Shown here: positions 22,493 through 35,080 of the stretch, piece by piece
How the letters are laid out: each line of letters starts with the position of its first letter
How positions within the stretch are numbered: the stretch's first letter is position 1
Assembly: GCF_011745625.1 (NCBI RefSeq)
Contig: NW_027191492.1
Location: 124,001 to 168,201 of the forward strand
Origin: Cladosporium halotolerans
Lineage: Eukaryota
DNA: 44,201 nt
Direction of reading: 5' to 3'
Program-made: the position numbers and the translations under genes
The notes under the pieces: generated by a model
Database searches by the model: none
What the model was told of the DNA's origin: nothing
Seen by the model: the letters and a program-made list of their open reading frames with translations, nothing else

Positions 22493-23388
22493 GAATCTTC
22501 GTCTTCCGGAGCATTTGTACGAACAAGAATGGAGAGAAACGGTTGAGTTTCCACCAAGACACTGAAATTCGAAGGCGTTGGGCTGGGTTTTCGGCACTGA
22601 AAAGCATGGTTTGGTACTGTAGTAATGCAACAATGAGAAATCTTCTTGCTACCATCCTCGTGTGTCACTCCTGTCTTCACTCCGTTTTCATTGATGTGCG
22701 TTTGTGTTCCAATCCATGGTGTGGGTGCAGCTCTGCGAATCAATTCACTTCGTTACTGCTACCATCGACTTTCTAAGATCAAGGTATTTCTACACCATCG
22801 AGAACCAATGCTGCCATTTGTTTCGTTCTCCCAGCTGTGCTATGCCATTTTGGACTCCTTCAACACCAACAACTGATCTTACACCACTGGGAAGGCTCGA
22901 GTAACTCACTTGCCTCACAGCCACTTTCTCTACAACCTTGGCCTGACGTCGGACTTCTCCCGCCCCCCCGGACCGCTTCAGTTCCCCGCACTGCCACGTG
23001 CCAGACTTCCCAAACGACTGTGTATAGTAAAGCGGCTCCTGAACGGAACTTGACTCAGGTCGCGAGGTGGGTCTCCTTAAAGTAGCCGCTCTTTCCCTGC
23101 CTGACGACTGATCGCCCGTGCGTTGAGATCGTTCAACGCCGTGGAGGAAAATCGGGGTTGAGGCCTTGGACGAGAGCTCTATTCCGTGTTACTTCGCCGT
23201 GTCACTTCGCGTCGATATCTCGAGCGATGTAGCTGTCGCATGATGGGGAATTGCTGATCTGCATGTTTTCATGAAGTTCATGGAACAACTTAATACCAAG
23301 AGCCGTTCAAAAATACATTGCCCATTCTGCCATTACCAGAACCTTCAATCACATGTCCAAAAAGCAACCAAAGCGAGAGGCACGCCAC

Positions 23389-23994
23389 TTACTCCACAAC
23401 CTCAATATTGACCTTGCCTGTCCCCTGCGGCACATGGTGCTGCTTTTTTGGCAGCACAATCCGCAGCAACCCCGCTTCCAGCTTCGCGCTCATCTGCTCC
23501 TGCTCGACGTCCACTGGGAACGTGAAGTTGCGACGGAACGACCCAATCCGCCTCTCCCCTAGGATCAAGTAAACCGGCCTCTCCTTGGCTTTACCATTCT
23601 CCTGCTGCTGCGCAGGAATGTCTTTCTCTCTGCACAACTTCGGCATCAGCGCGATCGGGTCATTGTCCTCAGACACAACGGAAACGTACTCTGGCCTCCC
23701 CACCGTGCCAGTGACCGTCAGGTGACGCCTGCTCGTCCACTGGCAGTGGATGTCTGCTGCGTTTTTGACGCCGGGGCACTCGATCTCGATCAAGTAGTGG
23801 CTTACGCCGTCCCGGATATCGACGTCCGGGTAATTGGGGTACTGTGCTGGGTCGGGCTGCTTGCGCGCCAGGTATTGAAGGTAGGTCATGTGTTGGTGCT
23901 CGCGGGCGTGCGGTCGGTCTGCGAGCGTGGGCGGCGCGTCGTAGCCGTAGAGCGGGATGGGCATGTCGGCCATTTCTTCGAGGAAGGGGCGCAT
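23389..23994 (-). CDS. Small heat-shock protein (HSP20/alpha-crystallin domain)
   Basis: Motifs PDVDIRD..HYLIEIECPGV, ERRIGSFRRNFTFP and AKLEAGLLRIVLPK. Confidence 0.92.
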   Translation of the reverse strand: MRPFLEEMADMPIPLYGYDAPPTLADRPHAREHQHMTYLQYLARKQPDPAQYPNYPDVDIRDGVSHYLIEIECPGVKNAADIHCQWTSRRHLTVTGTVGRPEYVSVVSEDNDPIALMPKLCREKDIPAQQQENGKAKERPVYLILGERRIGSFRRNFTFPVDVEQEQMSAKLEAGLLRIVLPKKQHHVPQGTGKVNIEVVE

Positions 23995-24506
23995 AAATTT
24001 GTGGGTGTTGTTGGGTGGGATAATTCTGCTTCAGTGGTCGGTGAGACTGTGGTGTTCTGCTGGCAGGGAGGCGACATGGTGATGTTCGTTGTTCATATAT
24101 TCGAATATATGGCGGTGCTTTCCGCTGCTTGTACGTGCTTGTGACTGCATCGGGTCGGCCGGCTCCTGGGCGATGTTTGGTTTTCGGTACACGGTAAGAT
24201 GACGGGCTGATGCGACTGGGAGCCATTCGGGATCGCAAGCAATGTTCACCGGCGAGGTCCGACGCTGGCTGTTCACACGCGACATAGCGGCGTGCACTGC
24301 ACGATGCATCTCAGCGAAACGTCTCGCGCACCGCGATCACATCGTCGATTCCGCACATTTGACATGCAACAGGCCTCATGCGCATCTCGCGCAGGTCTGG
24401 TGAGCTCACGCTGGCTTCCCCGACTCGGCTGGAACAGGCTTCTCAATCGCGTGTTTAGAATCCACCGCTGAACAAGCTCCGCCCTTACAGAGAAGTCGAC
24501 CCAAGT

Positions 24507-25184
24507 CTACTCAATGGACCAGAAAGGTCCCTCAAGGCCGTTGGACGAGAGCACTTCTTTGATCTCCTCCGCCGACCTCTTCCGCCAGGGTTGCGAGACA
24601 TAGTCGCCGTACCAAGCACTCGCAAATCGCCACATCTGGGACAAGGGCACCACCGCACCCTTCGGCGACGCATGTCGGCGACACCAGCTGTCCACTTCGT
24701 CCTCATTGTGAAAGGGCTGGAACGATGCGCACGAGTGGATGACGTTATCCCACCACTGGCGAATCGGAGTGGAGAGGTGGAAGACCAAGTCTTTCTCGAG
24801 GATGTCTTGGTCGCGCACACGGACGACACATTCTTCACGCTCGCCTCCGAACCGCGTGAAGATGTCGACATCCGCTTTGAGAGCGGCTGCTACCCCGAAG
24901 GCGCAGTAGAGGCAGGTCGCCCAGTAGCCGCGGTCGCCAATTTGAACCCAGCAAGAGGCTGGGTACAATGCGAAGGGATGGACGACCCATGGCTCTACTT
25001 TGTAGGGATGGAGGAGGAGTGAGTGACTGGAATGCAAGGCGAGTAGAGCTGTCTCGACGTCCTCCGAGGAACATCGGAGCCCCGCCGCGAGTTCTTCTTT
25101 GCTTGGTGCGTGCCCTTTTGCGGCAATCTGCTGTGTGAGCGCACCTCGCACTTGTGCTTGGAAATTTGTTACGGTGGCGGGCAT
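24507..25184 (-). CDS. merB: Alkylmercury (organomercurial) lyase MerB-family protein
   Basis: Intronless 225 aa with an N-terminal HTH-like segment (GHAPSKEELAAGL), HPF, YWATCLYC (aligns with MerB YAWCALD), DNVIHSC...FHNEDEVDSW (aligns with MerB DVRQSFC...FAS..AEDW) and a bacterial-type tail WYG...W...GLEGPFW. Confidence 0.82.
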   Translation of the reverse strand: MPATVTNFQAQVRGALTQQIAAKGHAPSKEELAAGLRCSSEDVETALLALHSSHSLLLHPYKVEPWVVHPFALYPASCWVQIGDRGYWATCLYCAFGVAAALKADVDIFTRFGGEREECVVRVRDQDILEKDLVFHLSTPIRQWWDNVIHSCASFQPFHNEDEVDSWCRRHASPKGAVVPLSQMWRFASAWYGDYVSQPWRKRSAEEIKEVLSSNGLEGPFWSIE

Positions 25185-25959
25185 GTCGAATCGGTTTGTA
25201 ACGTCTGGAAAGATGTCTTGCGTGGCCGCCGTTCTCGCTTTTGAAATAGCTGCGGACTTGTCGGAGCAGCCATTCGGAGTGACGACAACCTCGGCGTGGT
25301 GACACCGGAGCCAGCATCAGCGCCCTGCGGATATGGTTTCTCCCCACTCTCTGCGCACGAGTCGTTTCACGCTCTTCCACATGAACAGACACGCCCGTTT
25401 GCTTAGTCAAGTTTTTTCACATGTTTGGAATGAACTTGCAGTGACCCTCTCCGGAAGTCGGTATGGTTGCCCCTGTTCGTTCAGCAAATCCCGTCGCGCC
25501 ACCATTTTCTCCCTTCTTCGTCCTCTGTTGCGCCGTTGTCTGCGCAAAACGTCGACTCTGCTCTACAAGCCCATTTGTCGTCTATTGGAGTGTGTCCAGG
25601 GCCCAACAACGCTTCAGGGTTCAATAACGGCCTTCGGCGGGGCAGTGCCTGTAGGATTCAGCTCGCCGGGAGAGTGGTCTCATTATTATTGGGCAGCACC
25701 GCGCGTCTTAGCGGCGCCTAGTTACTGCGACAATGCATAGCCGCCCGCTCTGGGACCGGTGAGTGGGTTGGCCTCAACTTCCGCTAAGGGCTTCCTTACA
25801 GTTGATCAGCTGCAGACGTGCAAATAAATGCTTATACACTGCCGCTTTGTACTGTGAACTGAAGTCTATGTCGAAGTCAAGTACCACGCCTCTTTCTTAT
25901 CCGGATTGGTAACATCAGAGTTATTACCCCTGCAATTTCCTCTACGAATTCCTAATGCG

Positions 25960-28900
25960 ATGGCAAATCCCAGCACGTCTTCGGGAGACCTCTGGCAGAA
26001 GGCTGCAAGTGCCTTGGACCCCAAGACGATTCAGGATCTGAACTTCGCTAAGACAGGAGCGAGGAACGTCGTTGCAGCAGCACTGAAGGCAGCCGAAGAG
26101 AAGCGCGACGCCGCCCTAAAGAGGCGGTATAGGCTCACGAGGCGGGGCAAGCCGGACATCATTGTCAAAGACGTGATGGAGAAGATCATACATTACATCA
26201 AAAGATTCACCGCTGTTGGAGACAATGTGGTTCAGTACGGTCCTCAGCATTCAGCCCTCCCTTGGGCTGCGGTACGCTTCGTCCTCTAAGCCGCTGTCAA
26301 CTACACAGAAGCAGAGCAAGAGATTCTTAATAGCATCGAGCTTGTGACGAGACTTCTGGCAAGCTTTCGGGAAATTGAAAGTCTTTATCTTGGACCCGAA
26401 GCGCTTCCGGAATTATACGATGCCCTGGTCAGTGCCTACATTGCGACCCTGGAAACCCTGGCCTACGTCGTCAAGTTCTATTCACAGTCAAAGGCATCCC
26501 AACTCATCAAAGCACCTTTTCGAGTGCCTGATCGCGTCGATGTGCAAAATATTCTCCAAAAAGAGCAAAATGTGCTCAGATTCAAAGGCTTGACAGATTG
26601 AAAGTGGCTGAAAGTCAATTATGAGAGGACGGTTGAGCTCTCAGCAAACGCAGCAAAGGCGATCCAAGAGTCGAAATATGTTGATGTGCTAAGCTGGATC
26701 TCGAAGACCGAGTACCGTGATCATCATGAAACCCAGTCGTCGCTGCGCCTGCCAGGAACTGGTACTTGGCTCTTGCAACACCCTACATACAAGTCCTGGC
26801 AGCATCAAAGTTCGTCCTCGATGTTGCTAGTGCATGGTATTCCGGGTTGTGGGAAGACAGTTCTGTGTTCTGCGGTGATTGATGACAGCCACAACAGCGT
26901 AACTCCTGCCAACAACAAGGCGCCTTTGGCCCATTTCTACTGTTCTGCTACAGCATCAGAGCCCGACAGGCGGAATACACTTGGGGTGCTCCGAAGTTTG
27001 ATTCGGCAGCTCACTGCCACTGTATCCGAATACCCGATGATTCAGAGCGCAGTCCTCGCAGTCTACGACAGAAGGCTTATGGAAGCAGAATCGCTTGGTC
27101 TGAGTTTGCCACAGCTGCAAAAAGAGGAGTGTGAGAGCCTCATTCTCGAAGTGGCGCAAGACAACCCTGCTACAATCATCATAGATGCTGTCGACGAGCT
27201 GGATGATACTGCTGATCTTCTTTGCTCTCTGGAACACATTTGTACGAAGTCCAACAACGTTGTGAAAATACTGATCATCGGTCGTGACAAGGTTGCGGGA
27301 ATGACGAAGGCCCAACGCATTCGCATAACGTGGGAAGACAACGAGCTGGACGTCAAGGCTTTCGTGACGCACCGCGTAGAGAGGCTAGCAAAAAAGCATA
27401 GCTTGTCTACAGAAGCGGAACAGAAATTTGTCGAAACTTTACTCACCGGTGCTGGCGAAATGTTCCAATGGGCAAAACTGCAGCTCTCCCAATTCGAGGC
27501 CAACGATGCGTTTGTGGAGCAGGATGTTGATTTCGAGAATTCGACCTCGACTTTGGAAGAGTTACACGGCTCCATCTTTGCAAAGATCATGCAATCTGGA
27601 AAAGTTGCTTGCGCGATGGCGGTGCAGTCATTCTCTTGGCTTTTGTATGCGCAAGAGAACCTCACAGTCGATGCATGTTTGTCAGTGACAGCAAACACTG
27701 CAGGCTGGTTTTCGCCAAGTCCGCAGGCTCTCATCGACATCTGTCGCGGGCTGGTGTACATTGACACACGGTCAAATTGCGTTCGCTTGGTTCACGACTC
27801 GGTTCGATCTTTCTTGATCTCGCAGCCATTGTTTGCACCGCATGAGACTGCAATCCTGCTGTCATCAGCTTGTATGCGCTTATTGAAAGAGGTGACCGCG
27901 GTCACAGCGACAAATGTGAGGCCGAGAGAAGAACTTCATGATTATGCGGTTCTTTATCTTTTTTATCATCTCGCAAGCACGGATCCTGGTAAGATCTCAG
28001 ACTCTGAAGCAGCCACGATCGATGAATTTCTATTTGGAGATGCGCAAACAGGTTTCTATTGAGGCTTGGATCGAGGCCGCGAGGACAAGCTTTGATTCCC
28101 TACCGTACGAGCATGCCCAGAAAGCGTCCATGGAGGCCATCGTCAGCAACCCTTGCTCAATCTTGTTTCCCGTATGCGCCTTCAACGTCATAGGCGTGTT
28201 AAAGCATCATACATGGCCGAAGGACTTTGATTGGAATCAGGTGAACTTAGCTGGCCATACCGCATTACATGTGGCCTCGTTCTTTGGTCATTCAGCTGTC
28301 AGTTCTTTTCTGTTAGACCAAGGCGCTGACCCCAGCATTGCTTGTGGCCGGCTGGGGTCTGCCATACAATGTGCAGCGTATCATGGACATCGAGAAATCG
28401 TACTTGCGCTATCTCTTCAGGGTGCCGGAATGAAGACGCCTGGGAAATTCGATTCGGCGCTTCAAGCAGCTTGCCGAGGAGGTCAAGAGGATGTAGCCTT
28501 GGCGATTCTCGAGAATGGTATCGCCATATCTAACCAGGACGACTACGAGAAATGTCTTTCTGAGGTTCTGTCAGCCGGATTTACAAGAGCGTTTTCGCTT
28601 CTTCAACCCCATCCGCTGAGCAAGCCGATATCGTATGACGACACGCGTACGTTTATTGTCAAAGGCGAAGTCCATGGTCTTCGCCGCCTAGCGAAATTCC
28701 GCAATTGCAACGCGGTCATCAGCACACGCAGCCTCGCAATGAGCGCTAGACAAGGCCACGAGGCCATGACAGTATTCCTCATAGAGCAAGGTGTCGACGT
28801 GGACGAGATTGGGCAATTCGGCACACCTTTGCGAAGCGCGTGCATACTTGGACACAACAGCGTCTGTCGAGCGCTTTTAGCTCGTGGGGCGAAAGTAGAT

Positions 28901-31900
28901 GGCCACCGTCAGACTTCTTGTTGATCATGGGGCGAACGCCAATATTCAAGGCGGTCACTACGGAACCCCATTACAAGCTGCCGCATATCACAGGCACATC
29001 AAAATTGTCAAATTCCTGATGGATGCCAAAGCGTCGCCTCACATCGCTGGATTCTCGAAAGATGCAATTCATGCCGCAATGGAAGGTGGACATGGTAACA
29101 TCGTGCAATTTTTTCGCGATACAGGTGTTCAGAGTCGGAACTTGCTCGTTTGTCATTCACGATTCAGTAGGACATTTCCGCCACGTAATCTCTTGCGCGA
29201 GATGTCGCCGAGTCGTCGGGTAGAGGATGGGAACAGGAAACCGCGAGCTGATCCTTTTGATCCAGCATGCCGCATCCGTTCTTACGGTCCAACTATCTTC
29301 GATAGGCACGTGGGAAGCAAAGATGATCGCGAAGATGGTGATAAGCCATGCATTATCGAATCTCCTGCGGCGCATGATAATGTTGGGCCTTTCTCTACAC
29401 TCGACCTTGACGCTCTAGAATACAAAAAAGCCAACGACGCTCTGTTCGTGGGCACGAGAGAAGGACTTGCATACCCTATCGTTAGGAGTCTCCTCGAAGC
29501 AGGACTCCATCAACGTCTGGGAGAGCCGGGATTGCGGAACCTACTATCAGCGGCCGTAAGCTTGTTTAGCGAATATCGCGACCGAGCACACACTTCCGGT
29601 CGTTCCGTGCGTTGGGAGAAACCTTTACTGCCTCATTCAAAGTCGCTCGAAGAAGTGTTCACTAGCGGCCCAGGAGCCGCTGTTATGCACCTCCTGCGTC
29701 ATCTTCCCGAAGAAGCCGCCCAAGGTGAGCAATACGAACTCCTGCTGCAAATGGGCGCAGCAGCAGGAAAAGAAGACTTAGTCGAGCTCTTAATCGAGCG
29801 AGGGGTAGATTGCAGTGCTATATGCTCTCACTATGGCACACCGTTGCAAGCAGCCTGCCGGTATTCGCATACAAACATTGTGAAAGTGTTGCTGGCAGCG
29901 GGAGTAGACCCAAATATCATCGCAGGGGAGTATCACACTGCACTCCACGCCGCTATTGTGAGCGGCAGCCTGCAGTGTGTAGTGCTGCTGCTGGAGAGTG
30001 GTGCTGACGTAGAGATCTCCGGGATGAAAGACACAAGCACCACTCACGGAAGCTTGAAATTCTCGCCGCTGAGCTGTGCCATTGTGGAAAGGAGAGCCGC
30101 CATCGCTGTCGCCTTGATCGAAAAAGGCGCCAATGTCAATGTTACTCACAAGGATCTGCAACTGTTACTGATCGAAGCTTGTGTGTGGGGCAACGTACTT
30201 GTTGCTAAATCGTTACTTGAGGCCGGTGCAAATGTTCAAGCACGAGGACGGAGCGGCAGCTCGAATTGGAGGCCGAATATTCATGGAAGCGCCCTGCATG
30301 GCGCTGCGTATTCGGCGAATCTTGAGCTTGTCCAGCTCCTCTTGGATCACGGACTTGACTCAAGTCCAAAGTCGGATGAACCGCATTTAGAGCTTGTACG
30401 GATTCAAGAAGACAAAGCTGTTGGCTTTTCTGAACGCCAAGAAGGAGCCGAGTCCCTAGTGGAAGCAGCTGCCTACCATCCGAACCTCGATATCATCAAG
30501 TTGTTGCTCACTCGGAGCCCAAAAGACTACACTGCGCCTTTAGCCTCTGCCGTCAAAAAGGCATTACGGTGCGGTCATCTAGATGTTGCGACACTGATCT
30601 TCGATCGCATTTCTGAAACCATTGACTCTATGGAGCTTATGGAGCTGTGCCAAGCGGCATGTAACGCTTCTCATTGCTGGCTTTTGTATTCCATTCTGGA
30701 CGTGTTGTCGGGACAGAGCGAGCTCGACCTGGCCGATCAGTTGTCTAGCATAAATCTGGCAGGGCTCAACGTCGGTGTCTTCGAAACACTGCTTTGGTTC
30801 GTTCCTTGCACGTCCAGGATGTTCCTGGAAGCTTGCAAGAGCGGTTACGATGGCATCGTGAACGCTGGGCTCAAGCAGGGACTCGTGCTGAACGGCGAGG
30901 GTTCACTTTTGTCTCCGGTGCTTCACCTAGCGGCTGCTCATAACCGGTTGTCTACGGTAGCACTGTTGCTGGCCGAGGGTGCTGATCCGTCAGAGCGACA
31001 TGCCACGTACGGCACACTGCTGCTAGCTACACTGGAAGCATGTGCTGCGGAAAAGCTTTCTCACTGTCACGCTCTTGATAGCGAGGATAAGGCATATCTG
31101 CTCGATCTGGCTGGGTATAAGAGACAGTTGATTGTCGATCGGGAGAATTTCAGCCAACGGGAAGTGGCATCGTTCAAAGAAATAGTCCGCCTCCTGCTCA
31201 AGCGCGGTGCTTGTGCCAATGGCCCGCCAGGACGCTTCGGCAGTGTTCTTGCTTTGGCAGCATTTCAAAGATGGGACGATCTCACTGATGATTTGCTCGC
31301 TCATGGCGCTTGTACGAGCTCCGCTGGGCGGATTCTTCCATGTGCGCTGCTTGTTGCAATCGATCAGGGAAGCATCGAAGTGGTCAAAAGATTACTAGAC
31401 GTCGGCATCAACAACGGAACGATCGTGGATCCTGAAGGGGTTGCGCCACATCGCGCGTGCAACAAAGCTGATCTGAATATTGTGAGAATTCTTCTACAGC
31501 ACGGATATCGTTTCGATGGCAGGGATGAACAAGGCCGTACTGCCTTATTTATCATAGTCAAGAAGCTCCGGTCTCTACACGAACAAGAATTCCGAACTCG
31601 AGGGCACGAAGCTGCCAGCCATGCTCACGAATTGTCAATGACCAGGAACTTCATGCAGGTGTTTTTGAGCTTGGACCTTCTTGATCCGATCCTCGACGAA
31701 GACATCGTTGCTGCGTGCGAAATTGCGGAGCTTGACAGCGAGCAGACAATCTTCGCATCGATGCTGGCACGCTGGAACGGCGCCGAATTCCCTGAAGAAG
31801 GTCTTTACAATCTAGTCAAAAACTCAAGGCGCGAGCGAGTTGGCGCATGGGAAGTTCATCTAGAAGGGAAGTATCAGCTGAAGATCTCGACGCGAGTCCT

Positions 31901-32630
31901 CGCGGCTGCTAGAGATGCCCGTTGTGTGAAGAGACTGCTGGAGTGCGATGCATCTTACAGCGCTACCTCGGACACTTTGGATCAAATCGCCTCCGGAGCA
32001 GCTTTTGACGCCCGAGCATGCATGCAAGCGGTACTGCTCCACGACACATCGCTCGCTCCTACGGAGTCGAACCTACTGCGAGTGTTACGTGAAACGAAAG
32101 GTCCGCCAAAGACGCCGGACCCGATAATCGAAGTGATATTCGCTCGCCAGCCAGCTCTCCAGGTCACGGAACAAGTGCTCACCGCTGTCCGCTTTGCGCA
32201 AGACCTTCGTGACATATTGTGCCACTCAGCGATTGGCGCGGAATCGGTGACCGAGTCTGTATTGGATGCCTGGGCTGCGAACGATCGGAATGGCGCCGAC
32301 GAGCTTCTTGGTGTCTTGCTCGGCCAGGAGATGTCCATTGCGTTGTTCGACATAACTGCGCGACGCGTCCTCGAACGCGACGACGTGGGGAATCTCCGGC
32401 GCGTCCTGGAGCTAGACGACAACCTGAGCCTCGGCAAACTCGACGCGGGTCAAGTGCTCGCCATCCAAGCGTGGCACCGCCCTGTGGATTGGCACGCAAG
32501 ATTTACCGATCTGTTGCGCGACTTCCAGGACCGGTGCGTGCTGTCGCATGAAGCGAAGCAGTTGATCGATGACAAGTTTGGCCGCCGGCCGGGCGTTTGC
32601 AAGCTGTACTACGACCTTGCTGGCTGGTAG
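25960..32630 (+). pseudogene. Fungal NLR-like gene (N-terminal helical domain - NACHT - ankyrin repeats), disrupted
   Basis: N-terminal DLWQKA...ALPWAAVRFVL, P-loop HGIPGCGKT, Walker B IIIDAVDE, MFQWAKLQL, many G.YGTPLQAA ankyrin repeats and C-terminal VTE.VL repeats. In-frame stops TAA at 26287 and TGA at 26599; frame breaks near 28050 and 28900. Confidence 0.88.
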
Positions 32631-32752
32631 ATGCGATGTGCGCATCTTGCGGCGTCCGGACCGCTCGCTCACTGCGGGTTTGTGCGCCTCTTGTTGTGAT
32701 GCCAGGAAGTTGAAACGCTGAGAAACTGGAAGGCTACATGTAAGGTGATGAT

Positions 32753-32783
32753 GCCTGGCTGCCTGGCTGCCTGGCTGCCTGGC
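32753..32783. repeat. 8-nt microsatellite (GCCTGGCT)x~4
   Basis: Read directly from the sequence. Confidence 0.8.
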
Positions 32784-32971
32784 GGGGCCTGGAAGCCCAC
32801 ATAAATGAGTGTTGCTGGAAGGTCGCGTGACGATGACGCCATTGCCAGCCCCTCCACAACCGCGTCGCTGTTCGATCTTGCTGCCTGACCTGCTGCTCTG
32901 ACGACGACAACAACCTTCAGAACCCCAACAATACCCCGGTCCTTACACGATCCAGCTCTTTAGCTGACACC

Positions 32972-33342
32972 ATGTTCAATCTCCTCCTTCAAATCTGTCT
33001 GGCGGCCCTGTGCCACGCCGCGCCACTCAGCACCACCAGCTCTAATGCTACGCAATACGGCACCGGTGGTGGTATTGTCGGTTTCATCATTTTGGTACTG
33101 GACATCCTCGTGTGGAGTAAGTGCTGAGATTTGATCATCACTGCGGACGCGCATCGTGCTGACTGAGCTTCCCTGTAGTCGAGGTCCTGAAATCCAGCCG
33201 CCCTGTCAGCCACAAGCTCCTGTGGTCGGTACTCGTCTTCATCTTTCCCATCGGCGGCCTCATTATCTACTGGATCTTCTCCGACCGCCAGAAGTGGAAC
33301 AACGGGAATGGCTACGAGGTGATTGCAGAGGAGACAAGATAG
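32972..33342 (+). CDS. Small membrane protein with signal peptide and PLDc_N-like (cardiolipin synthase N-terminal) hairpin, 102 aa
   Basis: Not in the ORF track. Exons 32972-33116 and 33179-33342, intron GTAAGT..GCTGAC..TAG. Translation: MFNLLLQICLAALCHAAP...GGGIVGFIILVLDILVWIEVLKSSRPVSHKLLWSVLVFIFPIGGLIIYWIFSDR... Confidence 0.85.
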
Positions 33343-33796
33343 CCTTCTCGCTATCTGAAGCGGCCCGGGGCAAAGGCGGGGGTGGGAAGACTGGCTGAAT
33401 AGCCAAGATATCAGCCCCTTCGAGGACTTTCTGGGGCCATGAATCGAAAAAGATGAATAACACATGATTGGTACGAGGGCGATTTGGGTATCCCGTAATG
33501 TCTGTTTTGCTTCTCGCGTGTCGGCAGATTGTCGCGCAGCCATGCAATTTGCTCTTCGCTTTCTTCCATGACGAGCTGTGCTAAGCGATCGCACGTTCGT
33601 CTTGTTCCGAAGTTATCCAGCAATCAAATTGGTCGCAGGCTCTTTCAGTGCCTCAGCGGGAGCCAGCGTCTCATTGCTGCACATGCTGTTGATGGAGGAC
33701 AAAGTCTACGTGTACGTCACTGCCTAGGGAGATTTTGATAGTTCGTGCAAATCATTGGATGGATCAGTAATGATGTTAAGCGTAGCAGACTCTCGT

Positions 33797-35080
33797 CTAA
33801 TCTGAGTCAGTGGCATCTATCCCAACTGGCATCGGACTAATCTCAAGGCCGTCGTCATCTCTGCCGCCCGTGAAAGTGTATCTCAGACATCCTGCATCAA
33901 CAAAGCCTCCTACACCACCATTTACACATCCAGAATAAGCTTCATTGAACAGCGACCTGCAATGCCAAGCGTCATCTCCGATCGGGTCGTCGATCTGTTG
34001 AGTGTCTGTTGCATACTGGCATGCATCCCCGTCTTTCCACTCAACTTCGTAAGTGTAATTCATCTCCCCATCCACTACTTGGTAAGTTGTGCTCAGTCCG
34101 GGAGAGTCGGATGTCATGTTGGTTACGCCTTCGCAATCAGGATACCATCGCTTGTGTATGCGACAGAAAAGCTCAGCGCCGTGTGGTCCACTTCAGCTAT
34201 GTCAATCGACGAATGGTCTGGGAACTGACTTTCGTCGTGACACACAGGGGTGGGTGTAGTGGCTTCACTGATCGTCGTGGACGGAATGCTGCTGCTGGCT
34301 GAGGTTCTCGGGTAGAAAGAGAATGGCATGCTCATAAACAATGGGGCGTCATCCGTCGCGTTGTGCGACGCTGTTGTGCTATGGCTTGAGGACGATGATG
34401 TAGACGAACGAATATCTGAGCCGGTCGAAAATGCATCTGTGATAGCGATTTCGTTCCTTGCTGCGTCGCCAATCGGACTGCTCACAATCAAGGCGTCTGA
34501 AGCGCGTTCTGCTTTTTTGGAGGAATTTAAAGTGGGTTCTGCAACGTTAGAGTCGTAGCTGATTGCAAATTCCATCCAAAGTGGCAAGTTAAGACCTAGT
34601 GAGCTCAATGTAGCTACGGGACTGTATCGATCCATCGGCTCATCCATCATACATGCTGATGTGGCGGTCTGAACCGAGGTAGTGATACCAGGCTAGAGGC
34701 TGCAACCGATCGTTCGCATACAGCTTGTGGTGTAGCAATTTTTGGTACCCGTGACAGTGTCGTCAGCGAAGCCATAAGATGTGGAACACACAACACGGCA
34801 GTCTGAGACCGTAGTCTCGCCTCTGAAGCAGGACTCCGTCGAGGACGTGATTGATTCTGTTGCTGTGTTTTCTCCTGAGCTCCTTGTTTGCTCTTCGCTC
34901 GTATCCTCCTTGTCGTCGTCGGCGTCGTCGTCATCTCCACCTTTGCCCCCTTTCGTATCCTCATCAACTTCAGGCGGGTCCGGACAATCTCGGAGGATGC
35001 AAGGTGGTAATTGAAAGTTTGGCAAATCCAACTCTGCCCTGCGCCAACCATTCTCAGGGTGAGGCTGGAACGTAAAAGCT
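33797..35080 (-). pseudogene. Relic of a secreted/cell-surface protein C-terminus (Cys-rich, Ser/Thr linkers, CxNGGVGG..GCL domain)
   Basis: One reading frame runs through TAG at 34695-34693 and shifts frame near 34145 into YPDCEGVTNMTSD...CVNGGVGGFVDAGCLRYTF. No catalytic N-terminal part is present. The 5' boundary is approximate. Confidence 0.65.

Noticed and set aside
20999..22633. 544-aa antisense ORF over NSR1, and similar shadow ORFs over RNA1, SEC10, the S28 peptidase and the permease
   Set aside because: Expected by-product of strong codon bias on the sense strand; no recognisable domains.
25700..25960. Starship boundary (TTAC motifs)
   Set aside because: TTAC occurs by chance; no captain gene or paired terminal repeat was seen.
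26272..26308. Intron that would remove the first NLR stop (GTACGC..CAG)
   Set aside because: Only 37 nt, frame-shifting, and it would delete the conserved VRFVLQ segment.
26287..26601. Stop codons corrected by A-to-I editing
   Set aside because: Editing would yield Trp, whereas the motif context predicts Gln at the first site, and the downstream frameshifts would remain.
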